Virus record (IMG/VR): IMGVR_UViG_3300046779_001679
Coordinates: 18,530 to 82,529 of that record
Reading direction: 5' to 3' (one strand)
From: a virus
Lineage: Duplodnaviria; Caudoviricetes
Length of the DNA stretch: 64,000 nt
The notes under the pieces: model-generated
Database searches by the model: none
What the model was told of the DNA's origin: nothing
Seen by the model: only the letters and a program-made list of their open reading frames with translations
Made by a program: the position numbers and the translations under genes
Shown here: one piece after another, positions 44,801 to 53,523 of the stretch
Numbering within the stretch: the stretch's first letter is position 1
Layout of the letters: each line of letters begins with the position of its first letter

Positions 44801-46882
44801 ATGTACATAGTATGTTGTACCTGCTACAACACTCCCGACAGTACCAGTAAACACAATTGGCATGTTAACATAGATGCCAGAAGTGTCTGTAGTTAAAAAG
44901 TCAGTAGCATTTGCTGCTGAAACAATAACTTTAAATGTTTGAGAAACATAGTTTTTTGCTTCTTTAATAATGAATTGTTTATTTTTTCTTAACAACTCAG
45001 TTGCATTTGGATTTAGATAGCCGTCCTCGATTTGTTTGGCAGCAAATCTTACAGATTTCCAAGGCTTATCAATCGTTAAACCTTGACCGTTTCCAGTAAC
45101 ATCTGCGCCAGAGTTTGCAACATACACGACATTATTGATAACACCAAAATAAGTCCAAGTTGGTTTTTCTCCTACTACGCGAAGAACTTGGCCATCGGTG
45201 CCAATTGGCAACCTTGTTGGGCCAGCACCGCCATAGTACAACGTATCGCCTTGTGTAGTTAAGATTGATGTGATCGAACCAACTGCTAATAAGTTCCAGT
45301 AGCTACCAGTAGTATCATTATCTGGTCTATTTAAAGTTGCACCAACGTGTGCTTGAGTACAAATATATGTGTTTACACCGAATGCAACAGAGTCACCTAA
45401 TACATATGCGGTACCGCTAGCCCAAGTAACTGAAAAACCAGCCGGTGATACCGATTGCACTGCGCCGCCGCTGGCAGTAACAGTTAACAACAAGTCGTTA
45501 GCAGGAGTAATACCGCCTAATAAGTCACCTGTAATCTTAATAATGTCGCCGGTTGAGTAATTAATACCTGCGCTACCAGCGTGTACAATTACTTCGTATT
45601 TTGTGTTTAAAAGAGATACATCAAATGTTGCTCCGGAACCTGTACCTAAAACGTTAGTTCCGCCAACATTAGTAAATGATTGTCCTGTTGCAGCCCATTT
45701 AATTCCGCTGTTTAATCTTGACCAGTAAACTCCAGCTGGCGGAATATTACTTGGCCCAGCAACGTGATCTACTAAGGCAACATATGTGTAGCCGTTTAGT
45801 CTAACAACTTGCCCTACTTTATATTCTGTAGCAGTAGTCCAATCTCCCTGGAAACTAAAACCAGTAGTAAACAAGTCCCAATCTGATGTGCTAGATGTAG
45901 GTATTACATTCGTATTGTTTGTCTTGGAGATATATGCATATCCGCCATAACTAACAACGTCACCCGGTTGATAAATTCCAACGTTGGTCCAACTGTTCTC
46001 ATATTCTAATCCGTTAACAAATAAAGACCAGTTAACTTCGGCAAATGTAGAACTGCTGGTGTGCGGTGTAACACAAATCCATAGGTCTGAACCAAACTTA
46101 ACAATATCGTTAACTTTATAACGAACAGTGCTTGGGCTCCAATCGCCTAAGAATTCAATACCTTTATGGAAATAATCCCATAGTCCTTGGTCGTCTTCAA
46201 GGCCTAAAGAAGCAGAAGCTGCTGATTTGTGCCCGGTGTTACATACGTAGGTTGTACCACCGTAGAGTACAACGTCGTTCTTTTTATATCGATAATTTGC
46301 AGACCAGTCGCCGATCCAGCTAAACCCAGTGGCATATTGATCCCACTTGCTAAGATCTGCTTCTAACCCGTCAGAGTCAGATGTTGCTGTAGCAGAAGAT
46401 TGATGGCCGGTATTACATACATAAGAAATTCCGCCATATCTAACTACGTCGTTAATTTTGTATCTGGTGCTAGTGGCCCAGTCGCCTTTCCAATCTAAGC
46501 TAGCTGCGTAGAGATCCCACTTAGTAAAGTCAGCTTCTAAGCCAGCAGTGATATCTGGGCTAGTTCCGGAGTTAGCAGATGCATTACTTTCATGGCCTTC
46601 ATTACACAAGTATACTCTTCCACCATACTTAACTAAGTCGTTGACTTTGTAATAAGTGCTAGTAGTCCAATCACCTTTCCACTCTGAACCGTCTGATACT
46701 TGATTCCAACGTGCCGGAATGTTATCTAAATCTGTATAAAAGTCAGCATCAGCAACGTGCCCAACAACGCAGGCGTATGTTTTACCGCCGTATCTAACAA
46801 TATCATCTTTAACGTATGTGGTTCCAGTAGTCCAGTTATTTTTCCAAACAAAACGGATTCTACCTAGTTTATATTCAGCCAT
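38831..46882 (-). CDS. Giant modular virion protein (2683 aa): W-rich repeats, beta-helix, helical CxRD domains, beta-propeller
   Basis: Paralog of 46948-52788. YVANSG.D...PWKSVRFA / KTGTYNEVLP / GDELR / SPYVQNVT beta-helix motifs; W..(V/L).YG.G.FVA propeller repeats; TAAATA box (46909-46914) and GGAG SD. Confidence 0.85.
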   Translation of the reverse strand: MAEYKLGRIRFVWKNNWTTGTTYVKDDIVRYGGKTYACVVGHVADADFYTDLDNIPARWNQVSDGSEWKGDWTTSTYYKVNDLVKYGGRVYLCNEGHESNASANSGTSPDITAGLEADFTKWDLYAASLDWKGDWATSTRYKINDVVRYGGISYVCNTGHQSSATATSDSDGLEADLSKWDQYATGFSWIGDWSANYRYKKNDVVLYGGTTYVCNTGHKSAASASLGLEDDQGLWDYFHKGIEFLGDWSPSTVRYKVNDIVKFGSDLWICVTPHTSSSTFAEVNWSLFVNGLEYENSWTNVGIYQPGDVVSYGGYAYISKTNNTNVIPTSSTSDWDLFTTGFSFQGDWTTATEYKVGQVVRLNGYTYVALVDHVAGPSNIPPAGVYWSRLNSGIKWAATGQSFTNVGGTNVLGTGSGATFDVSLLNTKYEVIVHAGSAGINYSTGDIIKITGDLLGGITPANDLLLTVTASGGAVQSVSPAGFSVTWASGTAYVLGDSVAFGVNTYICTQAHVGATLNRPDNDTTGSYWNLLAVGSITSILTTQGDTLYYGGAGPTRLPIGTDGQVLRVVGEKPTWTYFGVINNVVYVANSGADVTGNGQGLTIDKPWKSVRFAAKQIEDGYLNPNATELLRKNKQFIIKEAKNYVSQTFKVIVSAANATDFLTTDTSGIYVNMPIVFTGTVGSVVAGTTYYVHSITANTSFKVSNTLGGGARSLSAGAGSMTGTFVFSEASTERDTGIMVDAVAFDLSHSGTLQTTTTALAYFNAAGNDYVAGVNDYDIPAFTGTLEYVKTLIENVVSNTAPAVNYQDLNGVLLANQAIQIVDLSLVAEENASTITSNLVDIVITGLEAGTTSAIPAVVNPGTTISVKTGTYNEVLPIVVPRNTAIVGDELRSSVVQPAPANTNLVNDKPKTISVLNRIKNIIPDLVLNNPITPTSGNTETQQYLSNIVGNTGSTSAVASVLKSAGTVAEIVANGIGSLPDFEYTEYTGYNTSILIGYGDAKDQLLLNKTFIINEITEWIADQVAGSIAPFTGSFTYNTASCEADVGYIIDALIYDLTYGGNYQTRIAANAYFSNGAGVYGAGEKDEVIAAYNHLADVVGYVITENTSWTKSTALVQNTGGTAGSAESSTFAQARIDEIIATITSGGTSPSVLAYPAYTFSSDLQNAFNALIAAKSEIQSDTVAWVNKFYQSMNFNSALCSRDAGLIVEAIAYDVLFGTNFNSIKAGMAYHRATAQEVLNTQLAAEIGAINFIAQKAKRIAAYGSAAQAVETINDIIETIAGVITITVTDTVVGGNIIVSSTTGIYAGLPVKFAGSLGMIVANQQYWIHSIIDATTIRITNTYGGNAMTNVDATGSITGTVGGNVETCGTNEYNNVLATINGAEILRINKSFLSNEATAWVNASFGGTVTNTTSGTNEFTTSSAHNLTVGDPVKFTGGSLFGNVTSGTTYYVLTTPSLVTFTLTPIQGSSTVFEVITASGSMTVSYSFDEVACKRDMAAYIDALIYDINYLGNYKSIRAATLYNHAITGSQLSDMFYLRNGTGLRNMTLNGLNGVLGTANAYGTQRPTAGAYASLDPGYGPTDSNVWITPRSPYVQNVTTFGTGCVGCKIDGALHSAGNRSIVSNDFTQVLSDGIGVWCTGSNALTELVSVFSYYNYAGYLAELGGKIRATNGNNSYGTYGSLAEGVDTYEVPITATVNNRYYEAQVGLVVTDGVDTVSRLEFTNAGSNYNSATFSVSGTGYNVEVDAYTPEFRDGGVFESRILSSGADHASIANVAQGGSATSITIAATDSAISAAYVGMRIIITSGTGSGQTGYFLTYNSGTKSGTIGKESFTPLAIQSTSSVTFTVADATTLYENMRVQLVGTLLTGMSGVAVGTNYYVVNIVGNTFSLSTGVGGTAITVGTGSGGGPLELHAVGWDHIIPGTSIVSALDLTTAYIIEPRVKFTSPAYTATEGTIVAGSYFNLVYGDTIKTYNGAGSVGVSATGGTGANATFTIVRTGVSYAVTSNNPGTGYSYGDVLTILGTSLGGTAPANNLTITVNDVNASTGAIQNFTYTGTGIGGYFVALPENGTSTAISTTGSSFVSGGSRTNNVFWNVMAYGAGRWVAISAGNICEYTDDPTSAWITGGNMPSSGGWSGLTYGRGVFVAVRSSSTSTAYSTNGASWTAGGTLPASGAWTGLAYGNGVYVTVNSGTNQAASSSDNGVTWVSRTLPATLGWVSVTFGKGLFVAVATGSSAFAYSKDGINWTLSTNNGLGTASWQKVVYGAGVFCATASSSNIITTSDDGINWKQRSLTTTFNWYQVAYGNPNSSPVWVVLSSANTSVTNYLNLGCTAQGRVKVTNGEISEFRVVEPGSSYPSAPTIQIIDPNQTSSATWQVRSSNGVLASPNFVNRGLQYATAIATVEGNGYADQYQTGYFINVAGLLEQPTPGSNIQIALNGNYYKLVQVTNYLGTQGNGAGGSSPYTARFQISPDLVAGNAPAHGTGITLRLKYSQVRLTGHDFLSIGTGNVTTTNYPNTPLQLPDPSKETVGNGGGRVFYTSTDQDGNFRVGTLFSVEQATGVASINADAFNLAGLNSLTLGSVALGGTGATITQFSTDQYFTANSDNIVPTQKAIKAYIASQIGGGSSALNVNTLTAGVIYIAGNSISTTTGVQINVSATMNFTGGINGLPVAMDFLLLG
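45300..46840 (-). repeat. Eight CBM5/12-like aromatic repeats W..(S/N)T.Y...D.V.YGG..Y.C...H
   Basis: Counted by eye in the translation; one Gly-rich beta module is interposed before the last copy. Boundaries approximate. Confidence 0.75.
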
Positions 46883-46947
46883 TCAATGCTCCGATTTTCA
46901 TAATAATGTATTTATGCATCTTTAAAAATTGCATTTTTGTATAACGA

Positions 46948-49900
46948 TTAGCTCTTAAATCCATGTCCAAAGAAGCTTTTCGCTAACATTGTTCCCTTTA
47001 TACCCTTTGTAATATTCATCGAATTCTTTACAAAAAGTTGTGTCTGTGTTGACGAATAGATTTTATTCGGTCCACCTACGCCAAATGTACCAGCAACGAT
47101 TGCACCCGCTTGTGCGTTTGCACCACCACCGGCAATGTTTCTTGCAATATATGTTTTAATTGCTTTTTGTGTTGGAACAATTTGATCACTGTTCTGTGTA
47201 AAATATTGATCAGTACTAAACTGATTAATAATAATAGTGTTAGTTCCTAACGCAAAACCGCCAATCGAAATAGATTGTAAGCCTTCTAAACTTAGTTGAT
47301 CTGCACTGATTGTAACAATACCCGATGCCTGTTGAACACCAAACAAGTTACCTACTTTAAAGTTACCATCTTGGTCAGTAGATGTTTGGAACACCCTACC
47401 GCCGTTATTTTCAGCAATTTGTTGATAAGATAGTGCATTGTTAACGTTTACGTTTGGATAGTTTGTATCTATTTGATTTCCGGTACCGATTAACAAGAAG
47501 TCATGTCCAGTAATACGGCATTGGCTATAACGTTGTCTAATCTCAATTGAGGTTGCGTGCTCAGGAGCAGTATCGATACTCATTGGAGGACTAATTTGGA
47601 ATTTAGCGCGGCCGTTTCCTAAGTCGTTAATAACTACAATACGGAACTGTGTAGGATTTCCTGAGATTGTCAATGCAGCACCAGGGGTAGGCATACTAGC
47701 AATTCCGCTAACAGTTAGATACTTAGATGGTTGATATACGTCTGCATAGCCATCTCCTAAAACTGTTACTTCAGTTGTAGATGTTCTATAGTTTGTACCT
47801 CTGTTTACAAACGTTGGGTTTCCAAGAACTCCGTTGCCCACTCTAACTGATGTCTGGGCAGTTGACGTAGGGTTAGGGTCAGTAATAGAAATACTAGGCA
47901 ATGACATACCATATCCACTTCCTGGTTCCCAGATTTTAATCTGACTTATTTTATTGTTAGCAACTACTGCTCGGCCGATAGCTGTTGCACCAGTAGATAT
48001 TACTGTCGAAGCGTTCGAAGCATTAGTAGAAACTGCTACCCATCTTGGTTCTTGTCCCGATACTGTTAGTACAGATCCAGCAGCAATTCCCGACCATTGT
48101 GCTGTTGAACTTAGCGTTTTTATTTTCCATACTTTACCGTCTTGGCTAGTTGCAGCTAACGAAGTTCCAGCAGCAATTGCTACAAACAACCCATGACCAT
48201 AACTGAGTTTACTCCATGCTCCCGATACAGGCAACGTGCTAGCATACCATGTAATTCCGTCAAAGGAATATGCTGCGGCTGAGCTTCCTGTTGAAATAGC
48301 TACGAATCGTCCGTTACCCCAAGAAACAGATGCCCAGTCTGATGTTGTTGGCATTGTTGTTACGGTCCAAGAGTCGCCGTTGTCAATCGAGTATGCTGCA
48401 ACATTACTTGCGCCCGCAATTACTACCCATGCACCAACACTTCCGTAAGCAACACAAGACCAAGTGCCGGATGGTACTGGGATTGGTGCCCAAGAAGAAC
48501 CGTTAAGGCTAGAGTAACCTATTGATGTGTTTGTTACTGCTACAAACTTGTTATTTCCAAATGCTAATGAACGTAAAGTCGAGGCACCTGTGGCAACTAC
48601 AATTGACCAAGAAGTACCGTTTGACGATACGTTTGACCCGCCGTCGCTGTTAATTGCAACAAACAAGCCGGAACCAAACTTAATGTCCACCCATGTACCT
48701 GGACCTAAGCCGCTGCCAGCAGTCCATGTGCTGCCGTTTGCAGAATATGCTGTTGCACCATTAGCTGCAATAGCTACAAATTTTCCATTTCCGTAAGCAG
48801 TAGCAACCCAGTTTGTTGACGATGGTAAAGCGCCAGCAATTGATGAGAACGATGGGCTAGAAAATCTTATAGCCGGTTCAATTGAATATACGCTTGTCGA
48901 ATCTAACAAATCAACATCAGGAGTTCCTGGGTTAACGTTTTCCCAACCTACAATCTGTGCTTGCATTGTACTTCCATAAGTTTGGGTAGAAACAACTTTA
49001 GCAGAGCCATTTAATGTTTCACTAATTGCAAATGTTGTAGAGCTAAAATTTGATGCAATTACATAATATATCTGACCAGCAGTTAATCCGCCAATCATAC
49101 CACCAGCAATAACTGAACATAAACCAGTTGCATTTGTAAGAGTAAACACTGATCCTTGATATGTTTCGCTAATTACAACTTGGTTGTTAATGATATTTTT
49201 AATGTAATACGTAGTACCAGAAACAATGTTACCAAATGTTGATCCAGAAAACACAATTTGTTCACCGATGTACATGTCTTCGGTAGAAGTTAGTGTAACT
49301 AAGTTGTTTGTTCCAGAAATTGCAATTGGGTTTCCAATGCTTCCCGCAGTTTGCGAACTGTTTATAGTCCATGTACTACCTACACCAGTTCCACTTAGGT
49401 TTGATACTATGTAAGTTCCCGCAGCAATGCCTGCCCCAGTTAAAAACATTCCAACTGCAATATTACCAGCACCAGTAGTTGATATTGTTAATGTGTTTCC
49501 ACTAATGTAACCGGTAATTGTAGCAACAGTTCTAATAGTATTATATGCTGTGGTTTCTTGCTTATTAGGAGTAAAGACTACAGCCTGACCTGGAGAAAAT
49601 TCTGAAGTACTTGTTACCGTTAATGTATTATTAGAGCTAGATGTTGCTGTTACTGTTTGCGGAGCAATACTTTCCTTACCAACTGTAATTTCTTTGTTAA
49701 CGTTATTATAGTATGCAACATAGCCATATTGGCCAACACCTGTACCTGAAGTAATAATAACTCTCATGCCATAATATTGTTCAAGTGTTTTTTGATCGTT
49801 TGATGCAATTGTAATAATTTGTGTATTACCAGATTGTGCTTGGTTACCTGAAGTAATATATCCCAACCCGCCAGCAGAATAATCTGTTCCAGTAATTCGA

Positions 49901-52788
49901 ACTTCATATACTCCGCCGTCTCGAAACTCATCTGCAATTGCAATTGCACCAGTACCTGCTCCAGTAAACTGATATGTAGCTGCACTGTATTCTTGTCCTG
50001 CATTACTAAATTCTACTTTTAGAATTTTGTTAGTTGCTTCGCCAATAAATGCTGATGCAATTTGTGCGTCTTGGTTTCTGTTATCTACAGAGGCAACTAA
50101 CGGGGTTTCAGTAATATCAAAACCTTCTGCAACACAACCGTATGCACCATACGAAGTGTTTCCGTTTGTAGCACGGATCTTGCCGCCATCTTCTGCAAGA
50201 TATCCAATGTGTCCGTAATACGAGAATACCGAAACAAGCTCTGTTAATGCTTCTGGACCAGTACACCAAACACCTATACCGTCTGATAAAATTTGTGTAA
50301 AGTCATTAGCAACAATAGATCTATTGCCGCCGTTGTGTAAAGTACCATCTATTTTAAGACCAATACATCCCTGACCAAAGTTTGTTACGTTTTGAACATA
50401 TGGAGACTTTGTAGTAATCCACACACTTGAGTCACCTGGGCCTGTTCCTGGATCTAAAGAAACATACGCTCCTGCTGTTGGGCGTTTTGTTCCATAAATG
50501 TTAGCAGGATTTAGACCACCAGTTAATCCTTTTAAGGTCATGTTTCTTATGCCGCAGCCATTTCTAACGTAAAACATATCTTTGATGCCAGCTGCGCCGT
50601 AAATAGATGCACTTTGATTCGAAGTGTCTGTAAGGATTGCCGGAGTTGTTCCTCCAGAAGTTTCAGAAATTTGGAATGTAGTAGGAGTTATTGACGAGCC
50701 AATAACATAATAAGATTGGCCAGTAGTGAGGCCAGCAAACTGTCCAGCAACTGCTTCCATATTTCCTGTTGCATTAGCTAGTTCTAATGGGTCACCGTTG
50801 AGGGTCTCGCTTATAACAATTGTTGATGTAATTGTATCGTATGCTGTAATGTAATAGGTTGTATTAGTATTAATATTTCCAAAGTTTGTTCCACTAAACT
50901 TAATAGGCATTCCGACATATGCGCCAATGGTATTGTTTAATGTAACTTTATTTCCAGTAGCAGAAGTTTCAGTTGCAAATGTAATCAATGTTGGAACTAC
51001 AATTTGAATTTCGTCATTTGCTTCTAAACCTACAGTAGTATTAACTGTAATAGTGTTAGTGCTAGAGCTAGATCCTGTTGCGATTAGATTAATAATTCTA
51101 GAAGGTTGGACAACGGTACCTCTTAGTTCGTCACCAACAAGTGCAACACCTGCGGGTACTCTAATTGGTAAGTCTTCGCTATATGTACCTGTTTTAACAA
51201 AAATAGTCGCTGGGCCAGTCACGCTTTCACAAGCGTACTTGATAGTTCTCCACGGAGTTGACCATGTTGTACCAAATGTTGGATCATCAGTTCCGGTAGT
51301 TGCTACGTAATAAACTTTGTCTATAGCACCCCACGTTCCCCAAGACGGAATTGGTAAAAATGCCCCACTTACTTTTAATAAGTTGCCTTCAGTTCCAATA
51401 GGCACTGCTGCCCACTCTCCGCCAGCAAAACTTTGTATATCACCTTGATACTGCAAAGTTTCAAATTGATCGCCACGAACATATAATGTCCAGTTTGTTG
51501 TATCAGTTAAAGGTGCAGTTGTTGCAGTATGCTTTTGCAGGCAAATGTATGATGAAGAGTAAAATGTAACTACATCACCGATTACATATACATTGTTAAC
51601 TGCCCAGCCACCTCTCCAATGTATACCAGGGTTTACTAGTTCCCATGTACCTGTGTCAGTTGGTTCAATGCTGATACTATCGGCAATAGCAACATACAGA
51701 TAGCCGTTGCGTCTAATTAAGTCACCTGTTTTGTAAAATACAGCAGAATCCCACTCGCCTAACACGTTGTAATTTTTAACTAACGGTGTCCAATTAATTG
51801 TATCTGTTGACGGAGTATTTCCTAAGTTGTTAGTTATGTTGCTAACATATTCATATCCGCCATACCCTACTACATCACCTTTGATATAAGAAACTAATGG
51901 ATCCCAGTCGTCGGCAAATTCTAAGCCCGGGACCCAAATAGACCATTTGTTTGTTTCAAATTGAGCAATGCTAGTATGACCTGCTGTACAAATGTACAGA
52001 TTTGACCCATATTTTACAATGTCATTTAGTTTGTATCTGTTAAGTGCAGCCCAATCAAACTTGTAATCAATACCGCTATGAACAATTTCCCATTTACCTA
52101 GGTCTGATTCTAAACCAATTGTTGTGGTTGGTGAACTAGTGTGCCCAGTTTGACACTTGTAAATAATGCCGCCGTAACGAACTACATCTCCTAGCTTATA
52201 TCTAGTGTTAGTTTCCCAATCAGTCTTCCAGTCGTTTGCATATGTGATTGCAGACCATTTGCTCTGATCTGCTTCTAATCCCAATGTTAGTGTTGCAGCT
52301 GAAGTGTGACCAATGGTACAAGTGTATAAAGTTGCTCCGTATCGAACAATATCGTTTAAAACATATCGTGTGTTAACAGACCAGTCTTTTACCCAATCAT
52401 ATGTAACTGCGTATCTAGTCCATTTGCTTTGATCTACTTCTAAACCTAATGCTGTTGTTGCTGCTGAAGTATGCGACTCATTACAGATATAAATGATTGA
52501 TCCGTACTGAACGTAGTCACCTAAATTATATAAGTGATTTACAGTCCATGGTCCTTGCCATTCGTATCCGTCAAACCATAATTCCCAATAAGGATCATTA
52601 GTTGTCGGAACTGTATTAGTGTTTACATGTTCTAAATCAGTGTTAAAATCAGTGTTAGCAACGTGCCCAACTAAGCATACATAAGACTTACCGTAGTAAC
52701 GAACAATGTCATCTTTGATATAACGAGTCCCGGTAACCCAGTCACCTCTCCAAGTAAATCTAATTTTATTAAGTTTAAATTCTGCCAT
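46948..52788 (-). CDS. Giant modular virion protein (1946 aa), paralog of 38831-46882 without the helical CxRD domains
   Basis: MAEFKLNKIRF vs MAEYKLGRIRF; eight W-repeats, YYVATTGTD..PWRTIKYA, SPYVQNVT, propeller repeats, shared C-terminal GHDFL.IGTGN/STDQDGNF.VG.LF.V.QA.G. Confidence 0.85.
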   Translation of the reverse strand: MAEFKLNKIRFTWRGDWVTGTRYIKDDIVRYYGKSYVCLVGHVANTDFNTDLEHVNTNTVPTTNDPYWELWFDGYEWQGPWTVNHLYNLGDYVQYGSIIYICNESHTSAATTALGLEVDQSKWTRYAVTYDWVKDWSVNTRYVLNDIVRYGATLYTCTIGHTSAATLTLGLEADQSKWSAITYANDWKTDWETNTRYKLGDVVRYGGIIYKCQTGHTSSPTTTIGLESDLGKWEIVHSGIDYKFDWAALNRYKLNDIVKYGSNLYICTAGHTSIAQFETNKWSIWVPGLEFADDWDPLVSYIKGDVVGYGGYEYVSNITNNLGNTPSTDTINWTPLVKNYNVLGEWDSAVFYKTGDLIRRNGYLYVAIADSISIEPTDTGTWELVNPGIHWRGGWAVNNVYVIGDVVTFYSSSYICLQKHTATTAPLTDTTNWTLYVRGDQFETLQYQGDIQSFAGGEWAAVPIGTEGNLLKVSGAFLPIPSWGTWGAIDKVYYVATTGTDDPTFGTTWSTPWRTIKYACESVTGPATIFVKTGTYSEDLPIRVPAGVALVGDELRGTVVQPSRIINLIATGSSSSTNTITVNTTVGLEANDEIQIVVPTLITFATETSATGNKVTLNNTIGAYVGMPIKFSGTNFGNINTNTTYYITAYDTITSTIVISETLNGDPLELANATGNMEAVAGQFAGLTTGQSYYVIGSSITPTTFQISETSGGTTPAILTDTSNQSASIYGAAGIKDMFYVRNGCGIRNMTLKGLTGGLNPANIYGTKRPTAGAYVSLDPGTGPGDSSVWITTKSPYVQNVTNFGQGCIGLKIDGTLHNGGNRSIVANDFTQILSDGIGVWCTGPEALTELVSVFSYYGHIGYLAEDGGKIRATNGNTSYGAYGCVAEGFDITETPLVASVDNRNQDAQIASAFIGEATNKILKVEFSNAGQEYSAATYQFTGAGTGAIAIADEFRDGGVYEVRITGTDYSAGGLGYITSGNQAQSGNTQIITIASNDQKTLEQYYGMRVIITSGTGVGQYGYVAYYNNVNKEITVGKESIAPQTVTATSSSNNTLTVTSTSEFSPGQAVVFTPNKQETTAYNTIRTVATITGYISGNTLTISTTGAGNIAVGMFLTGAGIAAGTYIVSNLSGTGVGSTWTINSSQTAGSIGNPIAISGTNNLVTLTSTEDMYIGEQIVFSGSTFGNIVSGTTYYIKNIINNQVVISETYQGSVFTLTNATGLCSVIAGGMIGGLTAGQIYYVIASNFSSTTFAISETLNGSAKVVSTQTYGSTMQAQIVGWENVNPGTPDVDLLDSTSVYSIEPAIRFSSPSFSSIAGALPSSTNWVATAYGNGKFVAIAANGATAYSANGSTWTAGSGLGPGTWVDIKFGSGLFVAINSDGGSNVSSNGTSWSIVVATGASTLRSLAFGNNKFVAVTNTSIGYSSLNGSSWAPIPVPSGTWSCVAYGSVGAWVVIAGASNVAAYSIDNGDSWTVTTMPTTSDWASVSWGNGRFVAISTGSSAAAYSFDGITWYASTLPVSGAWSKLSYGHGLFVAIAAGTSLAATSQDGKVWKIKTLSSTAQWSGIAAGSVLTVSGQEPRWVAVSTNASNASTVISTGATAIGRAVVANNKISQIKIWEPGSGYGMSLPSISITDPNPTSTAQTSVRVGNGVLGNPTFVNRGTNYRTSTTEVTVLGDGYADVYQPSKYLTVSGIASMPTPGAALTISGNPTQFRIVVINDLGNGRAKFQISPPMSIDTAPEHATSIEIRQRYSQCRITGHDFLLIGTGNQIDTNYPNVNVNNALSYQQIAENNGGRVFQTSTDQDGNFKVGNLFGVQQASGIVTISADQLSLEGLQSISIGGFALGTNTIIINQFSTDQYFTQNSDQIVPTQKAIKTYIARNIAGGGANAQAGAIVAGTFGVGGPNKIYSSTQTQLFVKNSMNITKGIKGTMLAKSFFGHGFKS
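51490..52750 (-). repeat. Eight CBM5/12-like aromatic repeats
   Basis: W...TRY..(N/G)D.V.YG...Y.C..GHTS recurs eight times. Boundaries approximate. Confidence 0.75.
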
Positions 52789-52815
52789 AATATTCTCTAT
52801 ACGTTATGTTTTTAA

Positions 52816-52823
52816 TATTTATA
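52816..52823 (-). promoter_or_regulatory. Perfect T4 late-promoter consensus TATAAATA
   Basis: Overlaps the stop of 52819-53178, about 28 nt upstream of the ATG at 52788. Confidence 0.7.
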
Positions 52824-53178
52824 TACCGCTTGGATAGTTATATTTTGAGTTAACTCTTACTACTAATTGCCCGTCATCGTCTATGTAATAGTATAGATTT
52901 CTATCATCCCAACGCATTTGTTCATAATTTAAATTTTCGTGTACCAACTCGTGTGTTACATCTCTTCCTTCGAAGAAATCTACACCTACTTCAAACTCGG
53001 TAAAGTTTCCGTCTGCTGTTCCGTCTTTGTTAATCTGAACTGAATCAGATTTACTTAAATTATTAACTCTAGCAAAATATAGATCGCCATCGTCTGTTCT
53101 ACGTAATGCATAAAAGTACTGAGGAGTGTCGCCTAGTAGTTCAGTTTTAGTTCTTCCAAATTGATAATTTTCAGCCAT
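52819..53178 (-). CDS. Hypothetical protein
   Basis: 119 aa with an AGGAG SD, within the late operon. Confidence 0.7.
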   Translation of the reverse strand: MAENYQFGRTKTELLGDTPQYFYALRRTDDGDLYFARVNNLSKSDSVQINKDGTADGNFTEFEVGVDFFEGRDVTHELVHENLNYEQMRWDDRNLYYYIDDDGQLVVRVNSKYNYPSGI

Positions 53179-53189
53179 TTAAATTCTCC

Positions 53190-53519
53190 TTATACTATTT
53201 CTGCATAGCTCGCAACCATGTCAATGCTTGCATTAGTATCACTTACGATAGTCATTACTGTGTTCTCGGATAAGATTATCTTTTCACCATTAGTAACAAG
53301 TTTGGCACTTGTATATGGATCGATCACTAGTCCTTTAATGTAGTAACCAGTGACCGCAGTTGCGCTAGTAATAGTTACATCAACTACAACTACATCGTCT
53401 GTAGTATTTGCTAAGTTAAGTCCGATGATTGTATATCTATTAGCCGCTGCTGGGGACAACACGTTTACTGGTGTAGTCCCTATATCTTTGATAATTGCTG
53501 TTCTAAAAAATGATGCCAT
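53190..53519 (-). CDS. Small (109 aa) beta-sandwich virion protein, family member 2
   Basis: TIIGLNLAN......VDVTI....YYIKGL.I....S.......KIIL.....I.SDT..SID...SY.EI. Confidence 0.65.
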   Translation of the reverse strand: MASFFRTAIIKDIGTTPVNVLSPAAANRYTIIGLNLANTTDDVVVVDVTITSATAVTGYYIKGLVIDPYTSAKLVTNGEKIILSENTVMTIVSDTNASIDMVASYAEIV

Positions 53520-53523
53520 AATT

